Source: an uncultured Candidatus Saccharibacteria bacterium
GTDB taxonomy: Bacteria; Patescibacteriota; Dojkabacteria; J137
Assembly (NCBI GenBank): GCA_964561155.1
Contig: CAZLOI010000001.1
Span: forward strand, 302,759-366,758
DNA length: 64,000 nucleotides
Direction of reading: 5' to 3'
A program made the position numbers and the translations under genes. Under the pieces are notes generated by a model that was given only the letters and a program-made list of their open reading frames with translations, made no database searches and was not told where the DNA came from. Each line of letters starts with the position of its first letter. The stretch's first letter is position 1. Shown here piece by piece: positions 1 through 8,887 of the stretch.

Positions 1-1
1 A

Positions 2-1384
2 GATGCTGCAGGAGATGGAACTACAACAGCTGTAGTATTGGCGCAGGCAATTGTTGCAGAGGGATTTAAGAATGTAACAGCGGGTGCAAACCCAATGGAG
101 ATTAGAGTTGGAATTGAGAAGGGAGTAGATGCTGTAGTAGAAGCTTTAAAGAAGGCTGCTGTTCCTGTTAAAGGAAAAGAAGACTACGAAAGAGTAGCTA
201 CAATTTCTGCAAACGGAGATCAGGAAATCGGAAAGATATTAGCAAACATTATTAATAAGGTAGGAGCAGGAGGCGTTGTTACTGTTGAGGATGGACAGAC
301 TTTTGGATTAGTTGAGAAGTATGTTGAAGGAATGCAGTTTGATAAAGGATACCTATCGCCATACTTTGCAGTTAATGCAGATGATCAGACTGTTATTATC
401 GACAAACCAGCAATCCTAATCACAGACAAAAAGATCGGATTAGCGAAGGAGCTATTTACTGCACTAGAAAAGATTGTTGCAGCTGGAACAAGGGACGTTG
501 TTATCATTGCTGAAGATGTAGATGGGGACGCACTAGCGAACCTAATTATTAACAAGCTAAAGGGACACCTAAACGTTGTTGCAGTTAAAGCACCGGCTTT
601 CGGAGATAGAAGAAAAGCTATGCTTGAAGATATAGCTATTCTAACTGGAGGTTCTGTAATTACAGATGATCTAGGAAGAACTCTTGAGAATATGGAAGTT
701 TCTGATTTTGGTAGAGCAGACAAGGTTAAAGTTACAAAGGAAGAAACAACAATCATTCATGGAAATGGAGACAAGAAAACAATCGAAGCAAGAGTTGCAT
801 CAATTAAAAAAGAGATTGAATCAACATCTAGCGACTATGACAAGGAAAAGCTTGCTGAAAGATTGGCAAAGCTTTCTGGAGGTGTAGCAGTACTTGAAGT
901 TGGAGCTGCAAGTGAGATTGAACAAAAGGAAAGAAAGGATAGAATCGATGATGCCCTACAAGCAACAAGGGCAGCTATTGAAGAAGGTGTTGTTGCAGGA
1001 GGAGGAGTTGCTCTTCTAAATGCAAAGGTTGTTTTGGATAGTGTTAAGGTAAACAAGAACAATGATGAAATCATTGGATTAAATATCTTAAGAAATGCAC
1101 TAGAAGCCCCATTCAGACAGATAATGGCAAATGCAGGAAAGGAAGCAGCATCTTTCATAATGGATATGAAGGGAGGTAAAGGATACGATGCTAGAAATGA
1201 CAAAATTGTTGATATGATCGAAGCAGGAATCACAGACCCTGTTAAGGTTACAAGAACAGCTCTTGAGAATGCAGCATCTGTAGCTATGCTTCTATTAACT
1301 ACAGAAGCTATTGTTTCTGAGGTACCAGTAGCAGCTGAACCTAATGCTCATGCAGGACATGATCATGAGATGGATATGATGTAA
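2..1384 (+). CDS. groL: Chaperonin GroEL (Cpn60), C-terminal ~460 aa; 5' end lies outside the window
   Basis: Translation from position 2 gives DAAGDGTTTATVLAQAIVAEG..., the canonical GroEL equatorial/apical sequence. The protein ends in a Met-rich tail (HDHEMDMM) typical of GroEL. The ORF track starts at an internal Met (38), but the frame is open back to the window edge. Confidence 0.95.
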   Translation, partial: DAAGDGTTTAVVLAQAIVAEGFKNVTAGANPMEIRVGIEKGVDAVVEALKKAAVPVKGKEDYERVATISANGDQEIGKILANIINKVGAGGVVTVEDGQTFGLVEKYVEGMQFDKGYLSPYFAVNADDQTVIIDKPAILITDKKIGLAKELFTALEKIVAAGTRDVVIIAEDVDGDALANLIINKLKGHLNVVAVKAPAFGDRRKAMLEDIAILTGGSVITDDLGRTLENMEVSDFGRADKVKVTKEETTIIHGNGDKKTIEARVASIKKEIESTSSDYDKEKLAERLAKLSGGVAVLEVGAASEIEQKERKDRIDDALQATRAAIEEGVVAGGGVALLNAKVVLDSVKVNKNNDEIIGLNILRNALEAPFRQIMANAGKEAASFIMDMKGGKGYDARNDKIVDMIEAGITDPVKVTRTALENAASVAMLLLTTEAIVSEVPVAAEPNAHAGHDHEMDMM

Positions 1385-1406
1385 GGTTACTTATTAAATA
1401 TGATCT

Positions 1407-1979
1407 ATGAGAAGTTGGGCACATGTACAAATGATAAATACTAGAGCCTATAACTGTGCTTGTGGTGAGAAAGTAGCATCAGATAGAGGTTGGATTACAA
1501 ATGATAGTAAGTGGCATATTCACATATGCCCATCCTGTTCCAGGCCTACATTATTTGATGAATTTAGTAATGCTACTCCAGGTACACAATTTGGAGGTAG
1601 TGTAAGTAATATTTCCGATGAGAATGTGGAAAAGCTTTACGAGGAAAACAGAAGAAGTTACTCAGTTAATTCATTCACTAATGTAGTGCTTGGTTGTCGC
1701 AAATTATTAATGCATATTGCAGTCTCCAATGGCGCTCCAGCTGGGAAGAACTTCTTGGAGTATGTTGAGTTCCTTTCAAACAAGAATATAATACCTACTG
1801 GATCTAAGGGATGGGTTGACCACATTCGGAACAAAGGTAATGAGGCAAATCATGAGGTTGTTATCATGGAAAAAGAAGAGGCGGAAACTATGTTAATATT
1901 TTCCGAGATGCTTCTAAAAATGATTTATGAGTTTCCTGCAAGGTTACCTAAGCCACCAGTACCATTAACTATACCATAA
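1407..1979 (+). CDS. Hypothetical protein with an N-terminal Cys4 zinc-ribbon-like segment and a C-terminal DUF4145-like helical domain
   Basis: CACGEKV...HIHICPSCSRP gives a CxxC...CxxC spacing. The C-terminal part (GCRKLLMHIAVSNGAPAGKNFLEYVEFLSNKNIIP...WVDHIRNKGNEANHE) resembles the DUF4145 family by motif memory only; no search was run. Confidence 0.45.
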   Translation: MRSWAHVQMINTRAYNCACGEKVASDRGWITNDSKWHIHICPSCSRPTLFDEFSNATPGTQFGGSVSNISDENVEKLYEENRRSYSVNSFTNVVLGCRKLLMHIAVSNGAPAGKNFLEYVEFLSNKNIIPTGSKGWVDHIRNKGNEANHEVVIMEKEEAETMLIFSEMLLKMIYEFPARLPKPPVPLTIP

Positions 1980-2146
1980 TCGCAGTGGCACTCTGAATAT
2001 TGATAGAAGGGGGTGGAAACATCCCTTTTTCTATATCTGCTATAAACTTTTCGCTTGAATCTTATTTGGAATTATTGTGGTAGTTGTTACGGTTTGATAA
2101 AAATAAATAACAGGACAGACCTGTATTATTTTTTAAATCATACTAT

Positions 2147-2374
2147 ATGTTCACAAAAGAACGAAAACAAAATGCTGTTAGTTCAATAAAACTATTTCCG
2201 CTGGTTGGAAAAGGGAGTTATGAAATTGCTGAAGAAGAGAATAGAATTTACTTTATCAAATATATAGGTGTGAAGGATCCTATAATGCAATATTTTGAGT
2301 ATTCTAGTGAAGAGGAGAAGAATAGAGCTATCAGCACACTAAGAAGGGAAATCCCCCATAGTCTGGGAAAGTAA
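2147..2374 (+). CDS. Small hypothetical protein (75 aa)
   Basis: ORF in an otherwise empty intergenic space, same strand as its neighbours; no recognisable motif. Confidence 0.3.
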   Translation: MFTKERKQNAVSSIKLFPLVGKGSYEIAEEENRIYFIKYIGVKDPIMQYFEYSSEEEKNRAISTLRREIPHSLGK

Positions 2375-2452
2375 TACCAACATTGTTGTTTATTTGGATC
2401 AGTACATTCTTTTGATATGTTATTCATTTTCGCCTTTTGCTAAAATGAATCT

Positions 2453-2773
2453 ATGAAACGATATTTGATTGACCCAATCTACTGGTACTTTTTAATCTTT
2501 TTTAAAGATTTCGCTCAAAAGAACTTTCTTAACCAGTATGTATTCTTCTTGAACAAGAGCAATACAATTCCTATGGCTAGAAACCTCTTTATTCCACTAT
2601 ACCAAGATCAAAGTAGTACAGGAAAGAGCTTGGCATTCATCATTAGATCTATTTGGATAGTATATGGGTCAATTGTTTCCACTATTAGGATAATCCCAAA
2701 TCTATTGGTTGCTGTATTTGTGTTGATGCTTCCATTCATTGGAATATTCTTCATACTTAATGCTTTTATATAA
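2453..2773 (+). CDS. Small hydrophobic/membrane protein (106 aa)
   Basis: The ORF ends 11 nt before the ClpB-like gene and has a hydrophobic C-terminal half (IIPNLLVAVFVLMLPFIGIFFILNAFI), so it is probably co-transcribed. Confidence 0.45.
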   Translation: MKRYLIDPIYWYFLIFFKDFAQKNFLNQYVFFLNKSNTIPMARNLFIPLYQDQSSTGKSLAFIIRSIWIVYGSIVSTIRIIPNLLVAVFVLMLPFIGIFFILNAFI

Positions 2774-2784
2774 TTTCAGAAAGT

Positions 2785-5331
2785 ATGTCAAAGAACGTAA
2801 AGATAGGACAACACTACACAACAGATATCTTCTTTGATTTTAATAAGATAGATAATAAAACAGAAGGAGCTTTAGATAGCTTTGACTATAGCTTTGGAAA
2901 GATACTGAGGTACATATCATTTGGACTTGGAATAATACTTTCACTCCTTCTAGTTAGTGGCTACAGACTAAACGTATTGGTAGCATACAAACAAGATTTA
3001 CTTCTTTCTTTGCTAACAGGCATAGCAATCATGCTCTACATATACTCTTTGTACCTACTTAGAGACAAGGAATACTATACAAAGAAGAATAGTTTAGTAG
3101 CGCTAGATTTAAGAAGAGCTACCAAGGTACAGTTCGATGAATACTTTACATACGGAGTTACAAAGTTACTTAGAAACTCAGTTGAGGAGAAATCTACATT
3201 CTTGCTTAATGTGTTTAAGGAACTTGAGCACACTTCTGACTTTAAGAATGTTTTAGAATCAAGGCTAGGAGTACAGTGGGGTAGCTTTAAACAGAGATCT
3301 GAACTATATTTTTCATCAATTGATATAACGTTCAGAGGCAATATACTAAATCTTCTGAACAATCTATTTACAAACACTGTTCACTTTCAAGAAGAGCATA
3401 TAGATACAGACGTACTAATCTATACCTTTATAAAGATGCACTTAGGTAAGGTATTAGCAGAGTTTGGAGTAACCGATGTCGATTTAGAAGGTTTAAAACT
3501 ATATCAGCAGAACGTAATAAAGAAAAAAAGATACTACGAATCATGGAAGATACTTTCTCAGTTGAAACCTAAAGGAGATATCAATCGTTCATTCACATCC
3601 AGGGCAACACCTAGATTGGATGTATACGGGGAAGATCTAACAAGCAAATATTCAAAAGGAAACATTGAACTATCCATTGGTAGGGAAGAAGAGATTCGAA
3701 ACTTAATAAGAGTGCTAATGAAACCTGAAAATTCTAATGTATTGCTAGTTGGTGATCCAGGAACAGGTAAGACAAGATTCCTAAACTATCTTGCAACAAG
3801 AATGGTTGTTGAAGATATGCCTAAGAATTTGCAAGACTACAGACTAATTAAGCTGGACTTAAACAAAGTGTTTAATATGGCTCGTGGTGCTGATGAGTTT
3901 AAGATATTGCTTCAACAGTTATTCAAAGAAGTTGGTAGCTCTGGAAACATTATCCTAATTCTAGAAGAGATCACTTCAATACTAAACGTTAGAGAAGAAG
4001 CTAGGGTAGAAATTACAAATACGTTAATTGGATTAATCAAGAATTCTCAAATCAAGTTGATTGGTACTACGAATAGAAACAACTATAACAAGTTCATTAA
4101 GCCTAACAAGGCAATGGATAGTCAGTTCGAAGTTGTGAACTTTCCAGAACCAAGCAGGACAGTTACCGTTCAGATTCTCCTTGATGAAGCTAGTGATCTA
4201 GAAAAGAAATATGGAGTTACTGTTCAAGTTAACGTAATAAAACGAATAGTTGAGTTCTCTCCAAGAATTGATTCAGACAGATCGTTACCAGACAAGGCAA
4301 TTAGTCTACTGCAAGAAGGTTTGATACTTGCTCAAACACAGGATCTTAGAGTATTAAACGAAAGAACTATAGATGAACTTCTTTCTTCAAAGACTGGAGT
4401 TAAGGTAGGAGCTATATCTGAATCTGAAGTAGATAAGTTAAAGAAACTAGAAGAAGAGATGCATGGAAGAGTTGTTGGACAAGATGCAGCTATTAAGAGT
4501 ATCGCTATGGCTGTGAGACGTTCAAGAAGCGGGTTGAATGCAGATAATAGACCAACAGCATCATTCCTCTTTTTTGGTCCTACAGGAGTCGGTAAGACTG
4601 AATCTGCAAAAACTCTAGCAGATGTATATTTTGGGAACGAGAATCTACTTATAAGAGTTGATATGTCTGAATATCAGGAAGAAAGAAACCTAGAAAGGTT
4701 AATTGGTTACATTGATGAAAAAGGTAACTATCAAGGTGGTTTTCTAACTGAACGAGTTAGATCAAGACCATTTTCTTTGGTATTGCTAGATGAAATAGAC
4801 AAGGCAAACAAGAAGGTTCTAGATTTGTTTCTTCAAGTACTGGATGAAGGATACCTTACAGATGGTATGGGAAGAAAGACTGATTTTAGAAATACGATAA
4901 TCATCATGACAACCAATGCAGGTTCTTCGGAGATTGCTAAATCTACACAAAGTGGTGATGAGTATAAACAAACGTACGAGAAAGCATACGAAGTATTAAG
5001 AGATTCATTCAGAATAGAATTCTTGAATAGGCTTGATAAGATAATCATGTTTAAGTCATTAACGCTTATTGAAATTGAAAAAATTGTTGAGATAATGCTC
5101 TCTGAGTTTAGAGAGAAGTTATTAAGTAAAGGTATTGAACTAGAGTGGGATCAAGATACGTTACTTGGTTTAGCAAAGCTTGGTTACAACCCAGTGTTCG
5201 GAGCAAGAGAACTAAAGAGAGTTATTCAAGAAAATATTGAAGATCAGGTTGCTCAAGCAATCACAGAAGGTAAGATTCTTACAGGAGGCGATGTGAAGTT
5301 TGAAGGATTAAGCTTAGTTACAAAGGAATAG
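2785..5331 (+). CDS. Membrane-anchored Hsp100/Clp-family double AAA+ ATPase (ClpB/ClpV-like); no Clp_N domain, N-terminal 2-TM anchor instead
   Basis: D1 has Walker A LLVGDPGTGKT and an unusual Walker B LILEEIT (EE instead of DE). D2 has Walker A FLFFGPTGVGKT, Walker B LVLLDEIDKA and a sensor-2-like GARELKRVI. The N-terminal ~100 aa contain two hydrophobic helices (FGLGIILSLLLVSGY, LLTGIAIMLYIYSLYLL) in place of the Clp N-domain. No IGF/L ClpP-docking loop is obvious. Confidence 0.8.
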   Translation: MSKNVKIGQHYTTDIFFDFNKIDNKTEGALDSFDYSFGKILRYISFGLGIILSLLLVSGYRLNVLVAYKQDLLLSLLTGIAIMLYIYSLYLLRDKEYYTKKNSLVALDLRRATKVQFDEYFTYGVTKLLRNSVEEKSTFLLNVFKELEHTSDFKNVLESRLGVQWGSFKQRSELYFSSIDITFRGNILNLLNNLFTNTVHFQEEHIDTDVLIYTFIKMHLGKVLAEFGVTDVDLEGLKLYQQNVIKKKRYYESWKILSQLKPKGDINRSFTSRATPRLDVYGEDLTSKYSKGNIELSIGREEEIRNLIRVLMKPENSNVLLVGDPGTGKTRFLNYLATRMVVEDMPKNLQDYRLIKLDLNKVFNMARGADEFKILLQQLFKEVGSSGNIILILEEITSILNVREEARVEITNTLIGLIKNSQIKLIGTTNRNNYNKFIKPNKAMDSQFEVVNFPEPSRTVTVQILLDEASDLEKKYGVTVQVNVIKRIVEFSPRIDSDRSLPDKAISLLQEGLILAQTQDLRVLNERTIDELLSSKTGVKVGAISESEVDKLKKLEEEMHGRVVGQDAAIKSIAMAVRRSRSGLNADNRPTASFLFFGPTGVGKTESAKTLADVYFGNENLLIRVDMSEYQEERNLERLIGYIDEKGNYQGGFLTERVRSRPFSLVLLDEIDKANKKVLDLFLQVLDEGYLTDGMGRKTDFRNTIIIMTTNAGSSEIAKSTQSGDEYKQTYEKAYEVLRDSFRIEFLNRLDKIIMFKSLTLIEIEKIVEIMLSEFREKLLSKGIELEWDQDTLLGLAKLGYNPVFGARELKRVIQENIEDQVAQAITEGKILTGGDVKFEGLSLVTKE

Positions 5332-5344
5332 TTAAAACTAAATT

Positions 5345-5611
5345 ATGCTAGTACAAATACCAAACCTAAGTCAGATTGATACCTTACCTGAACTATTAAA
5401 CTTGTTGATTGGATTAACTCAAAGAGGTTTCTATCTAACATTTCTTTTGTTCCTAATGTATGGAGCATACATGTACATGGTATCAAGAGGTGATGAAGAG
5501 AAGGTTGTTAAGGCAAGAAACATTCTTGTATATGCAATTATAGGTTTTGTAATTGGAGTATTGGCAAACCCATTTTCACAAATTCTTCTTGGCATCTTGA
5601 ATCAAGGTTAA
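5345..5611 (+). CDS. Two-TM hairpin protein, paralog 1 of 7 (no signal peptide; starts directly with the mature-like VQIPN segment)
   Basis: The segment VQIPNLSQIDTLPELLNLL...SRGDEEKVVKARNILVYAIIGFVIGVLA aligns residue-for-residue with the mature part of the next ORF (VQIPNPTNIDSLEELINAV...AQGDDSKVEKAKKIIVTAIIGFVLAVLA). Confidence 0.6.
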   Translation: MLVQIPNLSQIDTLPELLNLLIGLTQRGFYLTFLLFLMYGAYMYMVSRGDEEKVVKARNILVYAIIGFVIGVLANPFSQILLGILNQG

Positions 5612-5698
5612 CTGCTACCGAACGAAGACACGTTAGAATATTCTAATATTGTTAACACTCCTTGCTCATTAGTATTTATTTGTATAGAATATCTTCAT

Positions 5699-6058
5699 AT
5701 GAAAAAATTCTATACAACTCTCGCAATATTATTCACTTACTTTTCAGCATTCGTTTCTCCTGTATTTGCTACAGGTGGTAGTTTTGTACAGATACCTAAT
5801 CCTACAAACATAGATTCACTAGAGGAATTAATTAATGCAGTAGCGAAGTTAATTGTTCCATTATTTATCCTAACTTTCCTTGCAATGCTTTTATTCGGAG
5901 CATTCACATACTTAACTGCACAAGGAGATGATTCAAAGGTTGAAAAAGCAAAGAAGATTATTGTTACAGCTATCATCGGTTTTGTATTAGCAGTCCTAGC
6001 TCCATCTATCGCTAACTTTGTTGCTAGTCTATTAGGAATCGAAGGGTTATCTTTCTAG
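5699..6058 (+). CDS. Secreted two-TM hairpin protein (VirB2/TrbC-pilin-like topology), paralog 2
   Basis: It has a signal peptide (MKKFYTTLAILFTYFSAFVSPVFATG), then TM1, a charged loop (QGDDSKVEKAKK) and TM2. It is homologous to ORFs 5345, 7263 and 7714. Confidence 0.7.
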   Translation: MKKFYTTLAILFTYFSAFVSPVFATGGSFVQIPNPTNIDSLEELINAVAKLIVPLFILTFLAMLLFGAFTYLTAQGDDSKVEKAKKIIVTAIIGFVLAVLAPSIANFVASLLGIEGLSF

Positions 6059-6059
6059 A

Positions 6060-6698
6060 ATGAAGAAAATATTTTTAGTCACTTTCTTGGTTATAGGATT
6101 CTTTGTAGCATTCCCTACAACAACGCATGCACTTACGGGAAATCCAAAAGCATGTGAGTCACCTGGTGATATACCCAATATCTGCAGAGACAACTATGCT
6201 CCTGATAATGCTTGTAATATTGCAAGAATTGCAAACCCTGAAATTGATTGCTGTATGAATTATTGTCCAGAGTTTCCGAGTACTAGGTACAATGCCGCTG
6301 GAGATTGTGCTTCAGGTAATGAAGCAGCCTGTGAAGCAGCAAGTGTATTCAGTAGCTTAAATATTTTTGGAACTAGGATTCAATATACTCCAGACAAGAT
6401 TCCTTCGTTAATTCAGTTAGCAATTTCCGCAGCGCTAGCAGTCGTTTCATTCTATGCATTATTTAGAGGAATGTTCCTATATGCAATTAAGAGACCTAAT
6501 ACAACAGATGCAGCAGAGGTTGCAAAGATTAATAAAGAGTTTGGAAACATTATTGTTGGGTTTGTACTAGCGTGGTCAGTGATATTTATAGTAGAGTTTG
6601 TTATGAGATTATTAGGGTTACCTTCATTGTCTCAGATTAATGTAAATACTTTAGATGATCCTGCAAATCCAGGTTCAAATGTAATTATTATTCAATAG
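6060..6698 (+). CDS. Secreted Cys-rich protein with a C-terminal two-TM hairpin, paralog 3 (divergent)
   Basis: It has a signal peptide, a ~70-aa ectodomain containing about 10 Cys (CESPGDIPNICRDNYAPDNACNIARIANPEIDCCMNYCPEF...), then two hydrophobic helices separated by the loop KRPNTTDAAEVAKINKEFGN. The topology matches its neighbours, but the GD[DE]xK motif is absent. Confidence 0.55.
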   Translation: MKKIFLVTFLVIGFFVAFPTTTHALTGNPKACESPGDIPNICRDNYAPDNACNIARIANPEIDCCMNYCPEFPSTRYNAAGDCASGNEAACEAASVFSSLNIFGTRIQYTPDKIPSLIQLAISAALAVVSFYALFRGMFLYAIKRPNTTDAAEVAKINKEFGNIIVGFVLAWSVIFIVEFVMRLLGLPSLSQINVNTLDDPANPGSNVIIIQ

Positions 6699-6699
6699 T

Positions 6700-7260
6700 A
6701 TGAAAAGATTAGGTCTAGGAATGATATTGGTATTGTTCTTGTACACCAAAGCAATGGCGCAGGGTATAGGAGATGTGGGAACAGAAGAGTGGGGATTACA
6801 AGCAATTAGGATTCCAATCTTTTCAACTTTGTTTACTGATCTTGCAAACTACAATACTGTTTTATCTTGGATTACATTCGCAGGAAGTATTATAGTTTCT
6901 GGTGTAGTTATCTACTGGATATACAAGATCTTAAGAGCTGGTATTCAAGCAATTCAAGCTGAAGGAGATGATGCAAAGATTACGGATGCTAGATTAAGAC
7001 TACAGGCAGCGTTGTCTGGAGTTGCATTCACTTTGTTGGTTCCAATAGTATTAAGCTTTGTAGGAGTTATATTTGGTTTTGGAACTATGTTCCAGTGGCC
7101 AAAGTCTTTCTCTGGATGTACGCAGCCTAATCAAGGAAATGAATTCTACCCACAATCAGAAGGAGGTTACCAGTATTATTTCCAAGCTTTTCTTCAGGAA
7201 GGAAGTGAAGAAGCTGCTACAGCTGTATGTAACCCAGTTGATGCAAACTTAGATAGATAA
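6700..7260 (+). CDS. Secreted two-TM hairpin protein, paralog 4
   Basis: It has a signal peptide (…KAMAQG), then TM1, the loop AIQAEGDDAKITDARLR, and TM2. The C-terminal tail contains two Cys. Confidence 0.65.
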   Translation: MKRLGLGMILVLFLYTKAMAQGIGDVGTEEWGLQAIRIPIFSTLFTDLANYNTVLSWITFAGSIIVSGVVIYWIYKILRAGIQAIQAEGDDAKITDARLRLQAALSGVAFTLLVPIVLSFVGVIFGFGTMFQWPKSFSGCTQPNQGNEFYPQSEGGYQYYFQAFLQEGSEEAATAVCNPVDANLDR

Positions 7261-7262
7261 AT

Positions 7263-7622
7263 ATGCAAGACGACTCACTATGCGGTATTGTTGGATGTGA
7301 TATTAATCAAGGAGAGAACTATCTTCTTAACTTGGATAATATTGTTCAGACAGGTCTAACTGTTTTGTTCTCTTTGATAATTATCTATGGAATATTCATG
7401 ATTATCAAAGCTGTTGTTAAGATTATTTCTAGTGAAGGAGATGAAGGGAAGCTTGAGTCTGGATTGAAAAGTATTCGTGGAGTTTATTACGGTGTTGTCA
7501 TTATATTCGTAGGATTAATAGGATTGGTAATAATCTTTGCTTTGTTTAATGTAACAGAGCTTCCTGATAATGTAGATCTTCCAGGAGGAGATGGCGGAGT
7601 AATAACCGACCCTTTCAACTAG
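7263..7622 (+). CDS. Two-TM hairpin protein, paralog 5
   Basis: TM1 (LTVLFSLIIIYGIFMII), the loop KIISSEGDEGKLESGLKSIRG, then TM2. It is about 50% identical to ORF 7714 across the hairpin. Confidence 0.65.
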   Translation: MQDDSLCGIVGCDINQGENYLLNLDNIVQTGLTVLFSLIIIYGIFMIIKAVVKIISSEGDEGKLESGLKSIRGVYYGVVIIFVGLIGLVIIFALFNVTELPDNVDLPGGDGGVITDPFN

Positions 7623-7713
7623 AGTAAATCTTCTAGCCTTATTGTCTTTTGGTCTTGTATCTTCTAATAATTTCTAATAGAATAGGTTAAATACATATTA
7701 AGAAAACTATATT

Positions 7714-8166
7714 ATGAAGAAATTCTTCGCAACGCTTTTTGTAATGTTCTTTGCTGTTACACCATTTATAGCTCCTGTAGCACATGGTCAAAATCTAATC
7801 TGTAGAGTATTTCCATTCATTGAACAAATTAAGGCTTTTGGAGTAGATGCTTTATGTGGAGGATTAACTTCAGAGGGACCAATCGATTCTGCTAGATCAC
7901 TAGTTCAAGTAGGATTAAACTTAGTATTTGTTGGTATTATCATCTTAGCAATCTTTATTATTGTTAAGGCTGCTATCAACTATATTAGATCAGAAGGAGA
8001 CGAGGACAAGATCAAGAGTGCAAACAAATCTATCAAAGCTGTATTTACTGGTATCATTGCATTATTCGTAGGAATTATCGGTATTATATTAGTTCTTGCT
8101 ATATTCAATGCTACAGAAGTAGTTCCAAATGAACTACCAGATGAGTTAGACGTACTTAATGAATAG
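7714..8166 (+). CDS. Secreted two-TM hairpin protein, paralog 6
   Basis: It has a signal peptide (…APVAHGQ) and two Cys in the N-terminal ectodomain, then TM1, the loop NYIRSEGDEDKIKSANKSIKA, and TM2. The acidic C-terminal tail matches that of ORF 7263. Confidence 0.7.
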   Translation: MKKFFATLFVMFFAVTPFIAPVAHGQNLICRVFPFIEQIKAFGVDALCGGLTSEGPIDSARSLVQVGLNLVFVGIIILAIFIIVKAAINYIRSEGDEDKIKSANKSIKAVFTGIIALFVGIIGIILVLAIFNATEVVPNELPDELDVLNE

Positions 8167-8172
8167 TAATGA

Positions 8173-8886
8173 ATGAAGATTTGTGCATTTCTAATAATAG
8201 GAATCATATTCCAATCTCTTACAAGTCCTGTTGTCGCACAAACACAGGACTTTGATTTTTCAGGCAATAATCCTGACTCCTACCAGTGCTTCGATGGAAG
8301 CGGACAACCAGATACCACATCAAATATTGTAAAAGATGAGTTACGGGGATTCTTTTTCTGCGATACGAATAATAATGGCTTCTATAATGCTGGTGAAGAA
8401 CAAGCAGTTTTAAGGCCTCCAAGGCTTCAGCAAATTGAAGTCTGGTTCGTAAGAATCATTTATGTGGTTTGGGCACTAGTTGGAGCATACTCGTTCTATC
8501 TTCTAGTAGTTCTTGGATATCAGGTAATGATCTCTCGAGGAGACCCAACATCCCTACCAAAGATTAGACAAAGAATTATTAACTACATGATTGGTTTTGC
8601 TTTAGTATTTCTAGCTATTCCAATATTAGATACGTTCTTTAGACTGCTTGGTATAAATAAAACAGTCAGCTGTTACGATGTTCAGATGCCTGGGTTCCAA
8701 TTCTTCTTTACAACACTATGTAGCGGTACAGATCCTTGTTCCTTCACTGCAGCTCAGCTAGCAGATGGTATTGTATGTCCGATCAGGAATGAAAGGAGAG
8801 CATGTGATACTGGTGCCCAAGGAGAATTTGAAATCTTCCTTTGTGACCCAGAAGCCCAGATTTGGACAAGTATAGGAACTCAATAG
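8173..8886 (+). CDS. Secreted Cys-rich protein with a central two-TM hairpin, paralog 7 (largest ectodomains)
   Basis: It has a signal peptide (…SPVVAQT) and an N-terminal ectodomain with two Cys, then TM1, the loop MISRGDPTSLPKIRQR, and TM2. The C-terminal ectodomain carries 7 Cys (SCYDVQMPG…LCSGTDPCSF…VCPIRNERRACDTG…FLCDPE). Confidence 0.6.
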   Translation: MKICAFLIIGIIFQSLTSPVVAQTQDFDFSGNNPDSYQCFDGSGQPDTTSNIVKDELRGFFFCDTNNNGFYNAGEEQAVLRPPRLQQIEVWFVRIIYVVWALVGAYSFYLLVVLGYQVMISRGDPTSLPKIRQRIINYMIGFALVFLAIPILDTFFRLLGINKTVSCYDVQMPGFQFFFTTLCSGTDPCSFTAAQLADGIVCPIRNERRACDTGAQGEFEIFLCDPEAQIWTSIGTQ

Positions 8887-8887
8887 T

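Noticed and set aside
385-1233. Antisense or overlapping ORFs within groEL (385-756 -, 684-887 +, 835-1233 -)
   Set aside because: They are fully embedded in a highly conserved GroEL reading frame and have low-complexity translations; they are shadow ORFs.
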